Shown one piece after another: positions 1 through 10,572 of a DNA stretch of 64,000 bases (position 1 is its first letter; every line of letters begins with the position of its first letter). Source of the DNA: Fibrobacterota bacterium (GTDB taxonomy: Bacteria > Fibrobacterota > Fibrobacteria > UBA11236); assembly GCA_019509785.1 (NCBI GenBank), contig JAEKLQ010000032.1, positions 11,229 to 75,228 on the forward strand. Reading direction: 5' to 3'. The notes beneath the pieces were generated by a model, which searched no databases, was not told the DNA's origin, and worked only from the letters and a program-made list of their open reading frames with translations. The position numbers were made by a program, and so were the translations under genes.

Positions 1-1278
1 GGCGCGCTCTGCAATGCCTATTTATGCCGCGACTCGGGAGCGGGCAACCGGGAAGTGGTCCTGAAGATCATGCATGCCCGCAAGGCCGCCGAATCCGGCC
101 TCGCGGACAGCTTCCTGTTCTTGGCCGCCTCGGTCGCCAAGTACGATCATAAAGGCATCGCCCGCATCCTGGAGACGGGACGCCACGAAGGCCAGCCCTA
201 TTACACCATGGAATGGGTGGGCGGCACGCCCCTGCGCCTTTGGCTCATGGAACGTTTAAGCTTCGATACCCGCGTGCTGCCGGGCCTGGGCCTCATCGCC
301 TCGCTCCTGGATACCTTCGAAACCATCCATGAACGCGGATGTTACGGCTGCGTCAAGCCCGAGAACGTCTTCATCACCCTGAACGGCCCGGTCATCATGG
401 ACTTCGGCGTGGTGGGTTTCCTGAGCCCGCAGGAGTTCGAATACAACTCCTATGCCCGCCGCTATCTGCCCTACATGGCGCCGGAGCTGCGGCAGGACTG
501 GGGCAACCTGCTCCCGCAAAGCGATTTCTATTCCATCGGCGCCTTGTTGTACGAGGTCCTGGCCGGCCGTTCCCCCGCTCCGCAATTGAAGTTGCCCAGC
601 GAACTCTCGCGCGCTTTCGGGATCGAGGCGGACGAAATCATCCTCAAGGCCATGGCCCCCCGGCCCCTCGATCGTTTCGCTACCGTCGAGGCGTTCCGCC
701 AAGCGGTGGTTTCCCTGCAGGCTTCCCTGCTGGCCCATCCCCAGGATAACGGTTCCATCCTCCCGGCCTCGGCGTCGCCGCAAGCCCATCCTTCCTTGGA
801 AATCACTTCCGATCCCACCTCCGTGCACAATCCGGACGAGGACTTCGAAGACCCGGGAACCGGCACCCTGCGGATGCCGGGAACCGGAACCATGCCGGCG
901 GGCGGAGACGAACCCTGGATGCGGGAAGCCTCGCGATCCACGGAAGGCCCCGTCTTTTCCGCCGCCGAGGCCGGGTCCCCATCGGCCAGGATGGAAGCCG
1001 GCGCCGAAGGCGGAATCCTGTCGTCTTTCGCCCAACTCGGCGATCGGTCCTTGGAGGACGCGCATTCCAAGCGGCGCTTCGCCCATGGCAAGGGGCCGTT
1101 AACGATTGCCGAACCCGAGGGGGACCCCGGCAAAGTCGCGTTAGGAGCCGGCGTCAAAGGGATGGGGCAGCCAGGGGACGATGCGTCTCCGGTGCCCGCA
1201 TGGCTCTGGGTCGTCATCGCCTTGGCCGGCTGCTGCCTGGTCATGCTCTCCGCGTATTTCGGTTTCCGCGGGCGCTGA
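1..1278 (+). CDS. Ser/Thr kinase-fold protein (probable pseudokinase) with C-terminal TM helix; 5' end truncated by the window edge
   Basis: Frame is open from base 1. VVLK, KPEN, DFG, YMAPE and DFYSIG kinase motifs are present, but HRD is replaced by YGC. Low-complexity linker, then a hydrophobic C-terminus. Confidence 0.8.
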   Translation, partial: GALCNAYLCRDSGAGNREVVLKIMHARKAAESGLADSFLFLAASVAKYDHKGIARILETGRHEGQPYYTMEWVGGTPLRLWLMERLSFDTRVLPGLGLIASLLDTFETIHERGCYGCVKPENVFITLNGPVIMDFGVVGFLSPQEFEYNSYARRYLPYMAPELRQDWGNLLPQSDFYSIGALLYEVLAGRSPAPQLKLPSELSRAFGIEADEIILKAMAPRPLDRFATVEAFRQAVVSLQASLLAHPQDNGSILPASASPQAHPSLEITSDPTSVHNPDEDFEDPGTGTLRMPGTGTMPAGGDEPWMREASRSTEGPVFSAAEAGSPSARMEAGAEGGILSSFAQLGDRSLEDAHSKRRFAHGKGPLTIAEPEGDPGKVALGAGVKGMGQPGDDASPVPAWLWVVIALAGCCLVMLSAYFGFRGR

Positions 1279-1282
1279 GCGG

Positions 1283-1621
1283 ATGGAGATCCGCCTCGAC
1301 GGGATCGGCGCCATGGCCCATGGCGAAGCCCGAACCTTCGCCTTCGACCGCAACGGTCGCCCGGCGCAAGGCTTCCTCATCCGCCATGGAGAAGGATACT
1401 TCGCCTACCTCAACCAGTGCCGGCACTGGTACGTGCCTCTGGATCTCGGGGACGGGGATTTCTACCACCCCGCGGCCGACCGGATCATGTGCAAAACCCA
1501 CGGGGCGTCCTACCAAGTCGACACGGGCCTCTGCGACTACGGGCCCTGCGTCGGTGCTTCCCTGGATGCCTTTCCCGTTTCCGTACAGGGCGATCAGGCC
1601 CTGATCACCGTGCCCGGCTGA
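1283..1621 (+). CDS. Rieske (2Fe-2S) ferredoxin-like protein
   Basis: CRH...CKTH Rieske ligands; ATG at 1283 directly after the upstream stop. Confidence 0.85.
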   Translation: MEIRLDGIGAMAHGEARTFAFDRNGRPAQGFLIRHGEGYFAYLNQCRHWYVPLDLGDGDFYHPAADRIMCKTHGASYQVDTGLCDYGPCVGASLDAFPVSVQGDQALITVPG

Positions 1622-1694
1622 ACTTCGCTGTCGCGTCCGCGCACGCAAAGTTTTAACTTTTCCGCAACCCAAAAACGAACCCGGAGGGGAATCC

Positions 1695-2624
1695 ATGTTT
1701 ATACCCGCATTCAATAGCTCCGCCATGCTGCAACGCAAACAGGAAATGCCGGTCATCAACGCCGACAAGCCGGGAAATCCGCTTTCGCACCCGGCCCCCA
1801 AGGCCCCGCGCATCTTCGCCGACACCGCCACCTGGTCGGAAATCGAACCCTTGTTCAAGGCCGGCATCATCAACGGCCTCACCACCAATCCCAGCCTGCT
1901 CAAGAAGGCGGGTGCCAAATCCTGGGGGAACGCCAAGGAGATCATGAAGGATCTCTGCGCCAAGTTGAAGCCGTATCCCGTCTCCCTCGAACTCACCGAG
2001 TTGGACGAGGAGAAGATGGTGAAACAGGCGGAAGAGCTTTCCGCCTTGGGGGAAAACTCCGTGATCAAGGTACCGGTGGGCGGCTATCGCGCCGTGAACG
2101 CTTCCGCCGATCCCTTCACCGGCCTCAAGGTCATCCGCCGCTTGTGGGAGCGCGGCATCAAGGTGAATACCACCCTCGTCTTCAACACCACCCAGGCCTT
2201 CTGGGCGGCCAATGCGGGCGCGACCTACGTGAGCCCGTTCCTGGGCCGCCTCGCGGATTACGCCTATAAGAATGATGCGCATGAACGCACCCCGGGCAAT
2301 TCCCTCTATTGGGTCGAGGATCACAAGAACGCCAAAGGCGATCAGCATATGTCCAATACCGAATACGTGGCTTCGGCCGGACCGGCCAAGGACGCGGGCG
2401 CGCGGCTCATCTTCGAGATCGCGACCGTGTTCGCCAATTACCGCATCAAGACCGAGATCCTGGCCGCCAGCTTCCGCAACCAAGTGCAATTGACGGAATG
2501 CCTGCTGGCCGGCGCCGATATCCTCACCGTGCCCGCCGCGATCCTGTCCACCGTCGCGGATCATCCCCTGAGCGATGAGGGCATGAAGGCATTCTCGGAA
2601 GATCAGAAGGCCTTCGGCATGTAA
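1695..2624 (+). CDS. tal: Transaldolase (TalC/FSA-like family) with an internal insertion
   Basis: FADTA, GLTTNPSL, VIKVP Schiff-base Lys, YVSPFLGR and LAAS motifs; GGAGG RBS near 1683. Confidence 0.85.
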   Translation: MFIPAFNSSAMLQRKQEMPVINADKPGNPLSHPAPKAPRIFADTATWSEIEPLFKAGIINGLTTNPSLLKKAGAKSWGNAKEIMKDLCAKLKPYPVSLELTELDEEKMVKQAEELSALGENSVIKVPVGGYRAVNASADPFTGLKVIRRLWERGIKVNTTLVFNTTQAFWAANAGATYVSPFLGRLADYAYKNDAHERTPGNSLYWVEDHKNAKGDQHMSNTEYVASAGPAKDAGARLIFEIATVFANYRIKTEILAASFRNQVQLTECLLAGADILTVPAAILSTVADHPLSDEGMKAFSEDQKAFGM

Positions 2625-2630
2625 TGCCGA

Positions 2631-2990
2631 TCAGAGCCCTTTGACGGCTATCCAACCCCAGGCGAAAAGGAAGGACAAGCCGCCGAAAGGGGTAATCGCC
2701 CCCAAGGGTCGGAAGCCCGTCAGGGCCAGAGCGTACAGGCTACCGGAGAAGAGGATAATGCCCACTACGAAGCCGATGGCCGGCGCGGTAATCGGGGCGG
2801 GCGAAGCGGCGGCCCGTGCATACAGCGCGAGGGCCAGCAGGGCCAGGGCGTGTATCAAGTGGTAGAGCACGCCCGTATGCCAGACCTCGAGCATATCGGC
2901 GGAGAGGCGGGACTTCAAGGCATGGGCCCCGAAGGCCCCGAGGGCCACCCCCAGGAATCCCAGCGCCGCCGCGATGCGGATCCAAAGCAT
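2631..2990 (-). CDS. DUF423/TMEM256 family small membrane protein
   Basis: [22 protein letters not shown] and ITPFGG signature. Confidence 0.9.
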   Translation of the reverse strand: MLWIRIAAALGFLGVALGAFGAHALKSRLSADMLEVWHTGVLYHLIHALALLALALYARAAASPAPITAPAIGFVVGIILFSGSLYALALTGFRPLGAITPFGGLSFLFAWGWIAVKGL

Positions 2991-3139
2991 GGGCTAAAGG
3001 TACTTCCACGCGGGGCTCCGTTCCAGGACCTCGAAGTCGCTTTCTCCCTTTTTCGCGGGAGGACCGCGGACTATATTTCCCCGGGATCCCCGCGCCATTC
3101 CCGCGCGGGTGGATAAGTCCTCCAACTCCGAGGTTACGC

Positions 3140-5095
3140 ATGTCCGCCAATATCGACAGCGTCCTGAACGAAACCCGCAAGTTCCCGGCCCCGGAAGGCT
3201 TCCGGAAGCAGGCCGCGATTTCCTCCTGGGAGGAATACCGGGCCATGTACGATGAGTCGGTAAAGGACCCGGAGAAATTCTGGGCCGGCGTCGCGGGGCA
3301 ATTGCATTGGTTCAAGAAATGGGACCGGGTGCGCAATTGGGACAACGCCCCGTTCGCGAAATGGTTCGAGGGCGGCAAGACCAACCTCTCGTATAACTGC
3401 CTGGACAAGCACCTGGCGAAGCACCGCAACAAGGCCGCCATCCTGTGGGAAGGCGAGCCGACGGGCGAGCGTAAGGTGCTCACCTATGGCGAACTCCACC
3501 GCCAGGTTTGCAAGTTCGCCAACGTCCTAAAGGCCCGCGGGATCAAGAAGGGCGACACCATCGCCCTGTACATGCCCATGGTGCCCGAACTGGCCATCGC
3601 CATGCTGGCCTGCGCCCGCATCGGCGCGGTCCATTCCATCATCTTCGGCGGCTTCTCGGCGCCTGCCATCTCGGATCGCGTGAACGATGCGCAATCGAAA
3701 ATGGTCATCACCGCCGATGGCGGCTATCGCCGCGGGAACGTGCTGCGCCTGAAGGACACGGTCGACGAAGCGCTCAAGACCTGCCCTTCGGTGCATAGCT
3801 GCGTGGTGGTGAGCCGCGCCAAGACGCAGATCCAAATGCAAACCGGGCGCGATTTCTGGTGGCACGATCTGATGGGACAAGCCGATGCCGATTGCCCGGC
3901 CGAAGAGCTGGATTCGGAGCATCCGCTGTACATCCTGTACACCTCGGGAAGCACCGGGAAGCCCAAGGGCATCTTGCACACCACCGGCGGCTACATGGTG
4001 GGAACCTATCTCACCACCAAGTACGTCTTCGACCTAAAGGAAGCGGACACCTATTGGTGCACGGCCGACATCGGTTGGGTCACCGGGCATAGCTACGTCG
4101 TCTATGGCCCGCTCAATACCGGCGCCACCGTGCTCATGTACGAGGGCGCGCCCAACGCTCCCGCCAACGACCGCTTCTGGCAAATCATCGAACGCTACCG
4201 CGTCACCATCTTCTACACCGCGCCCACCGCCATCCGTTCCTTCATGAAATGGGGCGACGACCTGCCCGCCAAATACGACTTGTCATCCTTAAGGCTGCTC
4301 GGTTCGGTGGGCGAACCCATCAATCCGGAAGCCTGGATGTGGTACCACGAGGTCATCGGCGGCAAGCGTTGCCCCATCGTGGATACCTGGTGGCAGACGG
4401 AAACCGGCGCCATCATGATCACGCCCTTGCCCGGCATCACCGCGACCAAACCAGGCTCGGCCACCTTCCCCTTCTTCGGGGTGGACGTCGCCGTGGTCAA
4501 TGACAAGGGCGAAGAGCTAGGCCCGAATCAGGGCGGCTTCCTGGTCATCCGCCAACCCTGGCCCTCCATGCTGCGAACCTTGTACGGCGCCGACGATCGT
4601 TATAAGGAAGTCTACTGGAACCGGTTCGCCAAGCAAGGTTGGTACCTGGCCGGAGACGGCGCGGTCAAGGACGCCGAGGGCTACATCTGGATCCTGGGCC
4701 GCATCGACGACGTGCTGAACGTGTCGGGCCATCGCTTGTCGACCATGGAAGTGGAAAGCGCCCTGGTGGCGCATGCCACGGTCGTGGAAGCCGCCGTGGT
4801 AGGCTTCAAGCATGATATGAAGGGCGAAGGCGTGGCCGCCTTCGTGATCCTGGGCCAAGGCGCGGAGAAGAGCAAGGCGACCAGCGATGCCTTGAAAGCC
4901 CACGTCCGCAACATGATCGGGCCCTTGGCCATGCCCGATCAGATCCATTTCACCGATGCGCTTCCGAAAACCCGTTCGGGCAAGATCATGCGGCGCCTGC
5001 TGCGCGACGTGGCCAACGGCGTGGATACCAAGGGGGACATGACCACCTTGGAAGATCTCACCGTGCTCGCCAAGCTGCGGCAGGACGAGGACTGA
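3140..5095 (+). CDS. acs: Acetyl-CoA synthetase
   Basis: [20 protein letters not shown] and [12 protein letters not shown]; start MSANIDS at 3140. Confidence 0.97.
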   Translation: MSANIDSVLNETRKFPAPEGFRKQAAISSWEEYRAMYDESVKDPEKFWAGVAGQLHWFKKWDRVRNWDNAPFAKWFEGGKTNLSYNCLDKHLAKHRNKAAILWEGEPTGERKVLTYGELHRQVCKFANVLKARGIKKGDTIALYMPMVPELAIAMLACARIGAVHSIIFGGFSAPAISDRVNDAQSKMVITADGGYRRGNVLRLKDTVDEALKTCPSVHSCVVVSRAKTQIQMQTGRDFWWHDLMGQADADCPAEELDSEHPLYILYTSGSTGKPKGILHTTGGYMVGTYLTTKYVFDLKEADTYWCTADIGWVTGHSYVVYGPLNTGATVLMYEGAPNAPANDRFWQIIERYRVTIFYTAPTAIRSFMKWGDDLPAKYDLSSLRLLGSVGEPINPEAWMWYHEVIGGKRCPIVDTWWQTETGAIMITPLPGITATKPGSATFPFFGVDVAVVNDKGEELGPNQGGFLVIRQPWPSMLRTLYGADDRYKEVYWNRFAKQGWYLAGDGAVKDAEGYIWILGRIDDVLNVSGHRLSTMEVESALVAHATVVEAAVVGFKHDMKGEGVAAFVILGQGAEKSKATSDALKAHVRNMIGPLAMPDQIHFTDALPKTRSGKIMRRLLRDVANGVDTKGDMTTLEDLTVLAKLRQDED

Positions 5096-5108
5096 GGGTC
5101 GGAGCGCC

Positions 5109-7094
5109 CTATTTGCCCTTGGCGATCGGCAATATCGCCTGCAGGGCGGCTTGCCGGGTTTTCTGATCAGGATCCCCCGCCATGGCCTTGGCGAATTCGC
5201 GGAACCGGTTGGCGAGCAGGCTGGTAGGGGCGCCCGGATAGCGCGCCGTCGCGTCCCCATTGCATATCGCCGAGGTACCCGCTTCTACGCAGGCCAGATT
5301 GCCCGCGCTAGCGGTCGGAGGGCATGGGTGCGCGGAATCGGGCACGCAACGGGCTTCCGCGACGGACGCAGGCGGAAGGAATCCGGATTTTCCGTTCCAC
5401 ACGTTCCAAAGCACGTTATCCTGGAAATGGTTAAGCGGCGCTCCGGTGGCGCCCGCGATCCCTACGGTTCCGCCCGCAGGGATAGGCCCGCGGCCATCCC
5501 GCAAGGGCGCCAGGCGGTTCGCGTAAAGCACATTGCCTACGATGGCGTGCCCCCGGCCCCTACGGATGCAGATCCCCAAGTCCGCCTCGGCGATGAAGTT
5601 GCCTTCCGCGATAATCCCGGAAGCGTTTTCGTCCAGGAACAATCCGTAAGCCTGGGTGGATGCGCCCGCGGTTCCCGCCGCGCTTCCCGGCGCGGATAGG
5701 ATCAGGTTTCCCCGCACCTCCGAGCCTTCCGTGCCCCACGGACCCTGCGCCGGCCCGGCGTGGATGGCCCCCGCTTCGTCCAAATGCAGGCAGGTCATGC
5801 GCAGCGAATTCCCCTCGACCATGTCCCTTTTGCCTAGGAACCGGATCCCGTCGCAAGCCGTGGAATCGATGCGGTTATCGCCGATGTGATCGCCGTCGCC
5901 CAAGGCGCGGATTCCGATACCCATTTCCCCGTCGTCGTCGGGGCCCGAGCGTCCCAGGTTCGCGAACAACCCGATGCGGGCGATGCGATTGCCGAGGATG
6001 CGGGCCCCCGTCTCCGCGGTTTGCAGAGGATTCAAATCCGGATCGGGCTGCGCCGAGATGCCGGCCAGCAATGCCCCTTCGATGAGGTTGCCGGTCGCCG
6101 CGAACCCGCTCCCGCGGAAATCGATCCCCGTCAGGATGGCATTGCGGATGCCGCAGGAATCGATCTCGACGTGGACGCAATCGTAAAAGTAGAGGGCGGC
6201 GGAGACCTGGGATTCGAAGTCGATGCCGGCGATGCGGACGTTCGCGATTCCCGATCCCTTGATGCCGTAGCCGGCATTGGCGATGCGCAGGGAATGGGCC
6301 GCCGGAGCGTCATCGGGCGCGAGCGCTAGGCGAAGGCGATGCCCGTCGCGGGGAAGCGGGGACTCCTCCGGGTAACAGTACCAGGATCCGGGTTGATCGA
6401 GCCCTTCGGGCGTATCGGTGAAAAAGGCTCCCGCGTTCGGGGCGGGATCCTTGGGTAGAGCCTCGTCCCAGGTGAGCCGGCCCGTCGCCGAATCGAAGCC
6501 GCGCACGGTCCGGTTCGACAGGATGCGGCGGAGCGCGCGGACCCGCAGGTTAGTCCCCGCGAAGGCATGGGGATGCCCGGCCAATGCCAACGGGTCGAGA
6601 ACCAGGGATTCGGAATCCGCGCCGGCGATCTTGATGAACCCGGAGGCCGGGAAGCGCGCCAAGGGGACCACGCGATTGTCCTTGATCAGGGCGAAGGGCT
6701 GGCCGTCCGTTTCCGGCGGGATGTCGGTGGCGTAAACCCAGGCCGTTGGCCCTTGCGATACCAAGGTCCAGTTCGAAACGGGCAGGCCGCCATCGATGAT
6801 GGGCGGCAATCCGTCCCCATACGCGGAAAATGACATCGGATCACGAAGGGACCCTGAGCCTTGGGCCAGTATCGATCCCGGGAACCGATCTCCGCGGCGA
6901 AGCAAAAAAGAGGCGCCCGGCAATTGGGGAAGGGCGTTCAGTCGATCCAAGGTGCGGCAAGGGGCTGAGAGGGATTGGCAATCCGAAGCGTCGTTCCCGT
7001 TGGCGGCGAAGTAATAGGTGGCGCCAGCGCGCGCGGAAACGGCGGCGCAGGCAAGGGCCGCCAGGATCGGGCGAATGACGGAGCGAAAGGGCAT
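5109..7094 (-). CDS. Secreted right-handed parallel beta-helix repeat protein
   Basis: Signal peptide, ATYYFAANGND start, and repeated GN-I/GI beta-helix motifs. Start at 7094 or 7136. Confidence 0.75.
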   Translation of the reverse strand: MPFRSVIRPILAALACAAVSARAGATYYFAANGNDASDCQSLSAPCRTLDRLNALPQLPGASFLLRRGDRFPGSILAQGSGSLRDPMSFSAYGDGLPPIIDGGLPVSNWTLVSQGPTAWVYATDIPPETDGQPFALIKDNRVVPLARFPASGFIKIAGADSESLVLDPLALAGHPHAFAGTNLRVRALRRILSNRTVRGFDSATGRLTWDEALPKDPAPNAGAFFTDTPEGLDQPGSWYCYPEESPLPRDGHRLRLALAPDDAPAAHSLRIANAGYGIKGSGIANVRIAGIDFESQVSAALYFYDCVHVEIDSCGIRNAILTGIDFRGSGFAATGNLIEGALLAGISAQPDPDLNPLQTAETGARILGNRIARIGLFANLGRSGPDDDGEMGIGIRALGDGDHIGDNRIDSTACDGIRFLGKRDMVEGNSLRMTCLHLDEAGAIHAGPAQGPWGTEGSEVRGNLILSAPGSAAGTAGASTQAYGLFLDENASGIIAEGNFIAEADLGICIRRGRGHAIVGNVLYANRLAPLRDGRGPIPAGGTVGIAGATGAPLNHFQDNVLWNVWNGKSGFLPPASVAEARCVPDSAHPCPPTASAGNLACVEAGTSAICNGDATARYPGAPTSLLANRFREFAKAMAGDPDQKTRQAALQAILPIAKGK

Positions 7095-7251
7095 AGGTCG
7101 ACTTATAGGACGTATGGGCGAGTCAAAGTGTAGCACCGGGCGGGGCGGGACATGCAGAGAACATACTCATTTGGGCGGGGATCCCGCCAATAACGGACCA
7201 GAAGTATTACTTTTTGCGCGCCCGCCGAATACCAGCCTTGCGGGCGGAAAG

Positions 7252-8139
7252 ATGTCCACCATGGTACCTACTTCATCTACCACCCCTTTGCGGTCTTTGG
7301 CCCTCCTGATCGCCGGCATCGCATACTGCGTCCATGCCCAAGCGCCGACGGAATCAGCCGACAGCACGAAAAATGGTTGGAAGAGGCAATTCAACGGCAT
7401 GCTCAACCTGTCCCAGGCTTATTACGACAATTGGGCCAAGGGCGGCACCGACGCCTTGACGTATGAAGTGAATTTGGGCGGAGAAGCCACCTACGACCAG
7501 GACAAATATCAATGGGACACCAAGGGCAAGGCCGTCTACGGACGCACCAAGGTCGGCTCCTTGGCTTCCAGGAAATCCTCGGACGAATTGAACCTGGAAT
7601 CCATCTATACCTATAAGCTCGCGGTGATGGTGAATCCCTTCGCCTCCCTCACGGCCCAGTCCCAATTCACCCCGGGGTATGAATATTCCGGCGATACCTC
7701 CCGCACGGAAATCTCCTATGCCTTCGATCCGACCTATTTCACGGAAACGGTCGGCTTGGGAGTGACCCCGTTCAAGGGTTTCAAGGAACGCCTGGGCGCT
7801 TCCATGAAGCAGACCATGTCCTCGCGGGAATTCAAATTCGCCGATGATCCCGAAACCGACGGGATCGAATCCTTTAAGCAAGAGTATGGCGTTACGTCGA
7901 TCACGGAATACGAAGCGGACCTGATGCAGAACATCAAGGGAACCACCCGGCTGGAAATCTTCGCGAACTTCAAGGGTTGGGACGAAATCGATGCGCGCTG
8001 GGCCAATCAGATCACAGCGAAAGTGAACTCGCTGATCAGCGTCAACTTCGAATACGAACTTCTCTACGATAAGGATTTGAGCAAAAGCCGCCAGACCCGC
8101 GAAGGCCTGGGCGTTGGCATTTCCTTCCTGAAAATTTAG
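7252..8139 (+). CDS. DUF3078-like outer-membrane beta-barrel protein
   Basis: Signal peptide; LSQAYYDNWAKGG, RKSSD and ITAKVN...LLYD motifs; amphipathic C-terminal strand. Confidence 0.8.
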   Translation: MSTMVPTSSTTPLRSLALLIAGIAYCVHAQAPTESADSTKNGWKRQFNGMLNLSQAYYDNWAKGGTDALTYEVNLGGEATYDQDKYQWDTKGKAVYGRTKVGSLASRKSSDELNLESIYTYKLAVMVNPFASLTAQSQFTPGYEYSGDTSRTEISYAFDPTYFTETVGLGVTPFKGFKERLGASMKQTMSSREFKFADDPETDGIESFKQEYGVTSITEYEADLMQNIKGTTRLEIFANFKGWDEIDARWANQITAKVNSLISVNFEYELLYDKDLSKSRQTREGLGVGISFLKI

Positions 8140-8148
8140 CCTTCATCG

Positions 8149-8168
8149 GCCCGGCCTCAAGGCCGGGC
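8149..8168. terminator. GC-rich hairpin between co-oriented genes
   Basis: GCCCGGCC-TCAA-GGCCGGGC; no clear U-tract. Confidence 0.4.
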
Positions 8169-8184
8169 AACCCGGGAGCCGACC

Positions 8185-10497
8185 ATGGCTGGAACGCATA
8201 AATGGACTTTTTTCCGGGCGGGTGGCTTCGATCAGGTCAAGCTCACCACCGGAGCCGATTTGAGGAACCTCGATCAGCTCGATCAGAAGCTATGGGTGGC
8301 CTTGGCGTGCCCCACGCGCGGCTTGGAGATAGAGTCGCGCACCCTGGAGTTGATCGACACGGACGGGAACGGCCGGGTGCGCGCGCCGGAACTGATCGCG
8401 GCGGCCCGTTACGCCACGGACAACCTGAAGCGCCCCGATGATTTGTTCAAAGGCGAGGACGGCTTGCCCCTCGAGGCCATCAATGACTCCACCCCGGAGG
8501 GCCGCACCTTGGCTTCTTCGGCCCGGCAAATCCTGCGCAATATCGGGAAGGCGGACGCGGCGGCGGTTACGGTAGCCGACGTATCCGACAAAACCCGTCT
8601 CTTCGCCGGAACCCCGTTCAATGGCGACGGAGTCATCACCGAACTTTCCGCCCCGGACGAATCGGGCAAGGCCATCGTCCGCGAGATCATGGATTGCGTC
8701 GGCAGCGTTCCGGATCTTTCCGGGCAGCCGGGCATCGGCAAGGATCAGATCGAGGCTTTCTTCGCGGAGGCGCGGGCCTACGCGGCTTGGCTGGCCGAAG
8801 CCGAGACCGGGCCGGGCACCGCGAAGGTTTTCCCGCTGGGCAAGGACGCCACCATCGCGGCGGTCGCGGCGATGGAAGCCGTGCGGGCGAAGTGCGACGA
8901 TTATTTCGCGCGTTGCCGCCTGGCCGCGTACGATCCGCGCGCCGAACAGGCCCTCAATCGCCGCGAAGAAGAGTACCTGGATTTCGCCGCGAAGGATCTG
9001 ACGTTGACCGCATCCGAAGTGGCCGGCTTCCCGCTGGCCCACGTGACCGCCGGCCGGCCCCTTCCCTTGACGGGCCCGGTCAATCCGGCCCATGTCGATG
9101 CCCTGAAACGTTTCGCAGAAGCTACGGTCGCCCCGGCCATCGGGGCGCGCAAAGAGCTCTCCGAAGGCGATTGGCTTTCCCTGCAGGACCGCTTCGCGCC
9201 CTATAAGGAATGGGATGCGGGAAAGGCGGGCCGCAAGGTGGAAAAGCTGGGCGAAGCCCGTATCCGGGCCTTGTTGGCATCGGGCGCGCAAGCCACCGTC
9301 GAGTCCCTGCTGGCCCAGGACGAGAATCTCAAGGCGGAGACCGCCGGCATCGAGCAGGTCGAACGCTTGGCGAGGTACTACCGCGATCTCGCCTTGCTCT
9401 GCATCAACTTCGTGAGCTTCAAGGATTTCTACGACGGCCAGGATCCCGCCATCTTCCAGGTCGGCACCTTGTTTCTCGATCAACGCGCTTGCCGGTTATG
9501 CCTGCGCGTGGAGGACCCGGCCAAGCACGCGCTGATGGCCGGATTGGCGGGGGCCTACCTCGCCTATTGCGATTGCGTTCGGAGCGTCACCGGGGAGAAG
9601 ATGCAAATCGTGGCGGCCTTCACGGCCGGCGACGGCGACAACCTGATGGTGGGCCGCAACGGCCTGTTCTACGATCGCAAAGGCCAGGATTGGGACGCCA
9701 CCATCGTGAAGATCGTGGACAATCCCATCAGCATCCGCCAGGCCTTCTGGTCCCCGTACAAGAAATTCCTCCGCTATCTGGAGGAACAGGTCAACAAGCG
9801 CGCCGCCGCCGCGGATGCCGAAGCGCATGCCAAGCTGGCCACGGCCGCGGTGGTCGCCGTCAATCCGGATGCGACGAAACCGCCTCCCCCTCCGCCGCCC
9901 GAGCCGAAGAAGATGGACGTGGGTACGGTGGCCGCCATCGGCGTAGCCGCCGGCGCCATCGGCACCTTCGCGACCGCCCTCGTCGGCCATGCCCTGGGCA
10001 TCTTCCAGATGGGAATCCTAGCCACCCTGGGCGCCCTCATCGGCTTGATGCTCCTGATTTCCCTTCCCTCGGTGGTGATGGCCTACATGAAGCTGCGCAA
10101 GCGCAACCTCGGCCCCATCCTGGATTCGAACGGATGGGCGGTGAATTCCAAGGCCAAAATCAACGTTCCCTTCGGCGCCACCCTGAGCAGCATCGCCAAA
10201 CTCCCGCCGGGGGCGCGCCGCGACTTCAGCGATCCCTACGCGGAAAAAGCCTTCCCGTGGAAACTCGTGGCGACCGTCCTGCTCCTCATTTATTGCGCCT
10301 TCCATTGGTACGTGGGAGGATTCGATACCGTGCTCCCCGGCATGGCCCGGTCCACCGCGGTGCTCGGCAAATGGGCGCCCAAGCAGACCTCCGTCCCGAA
10401 TGGCGCGACCCCGGGAGCGGCCGCATCATCTCCCACGCCTGCGCCACCCCCGCCGCCCGCGGTCCCAACACCGGCGCCGGCCCCAGCGGCGCCGTAA
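8185..10497 (+). CDS. Large hypothetical membrane protein with EF-hand-like motif
   Basis: 770-aa ORF with coding-type codon bias; DTDGNGRVRAPE EF-hand-like loop; C-terminal TM helices and Pro-rich tail. Confidence 0.75.
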   Translation: MAGTHKWTFFRAGGFDQVKLTTGADLRNLDQLDQKLWVALACPTRGLEIESRTLELIDTDGNGRVRAPELIAAARYATDNLKRPDDLFKGEDGLPLEAINDSTPEGRTLASSARQILRNIGKADAAAVTVADVSDKTRLFAGTPFNGDGVITELSAPDESGKAIVREIMDCVGSVPDLSGQPGIGKDQIEAFFAEARAYAAWLAEAETGPGTAKVFPLGKDATIAAVAAMEAVRAKCDDYFARCRLAAYDPRAEQALNRREEEYLDFAAKDLTLTASEVAGFPLAHVTAGRPLPLTGPVNPAHVDALKRFAEATVAPAIGARKELSEGDWLSLQDRFAPYKEWDAGKAGRKVEKLGEARIRALLASGAQATVESLLAQDENLKAETAGIEQVERLARYYRDLALLCINFVSFKDFYDGQDPAIFQVGTLFLDQRACRLCLRVEDPAKHALMAGLAGAYLAYCDCVRSVTGEKMQIVAAFTAGDGDNLMVGRNGLFYDRKGQDWDATIVKIVDNPISIRQAFWSPYKKFLRYLEEQVNKRAAAADAEAHAKLATAAVVAVNPDATKPPPPPPPEPKKMDVGTVAAIGVAAGAIGTFATALVGHALGIFQMGILATLGALIGLMLLISLPSVVMAYMKLRKRNLGPILDSNGWAVNSKAKINVPFGATLSSIAKLPPGARRDFSDPYAEKAFPWKLVATVLLLIYCAFHWYVGGFDTVLPGMARSTAVLGKWAPKQTSVPNGATPGAAASSPTPAPPPPPAVPTPAPAPAAP

Positions 10498-10572
10498 CGC
10501 GCCGGCCGCTGTTGGAACCGCCCGCATGGCGCTACCTTTCCCCATGCACGATATGCCGAAGGGGCGCCTGCA

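Noticed and set aside
2816..3139. Long N-terminal extensions in the ORF track (acs, GH3, radical SAMs, hisE, paralog B, glgP)
   Set aside because: They overlap neighbouring genes or intergenic DNA; downstream ATGs with RBS or stop/start overlaps fit the family lengths.
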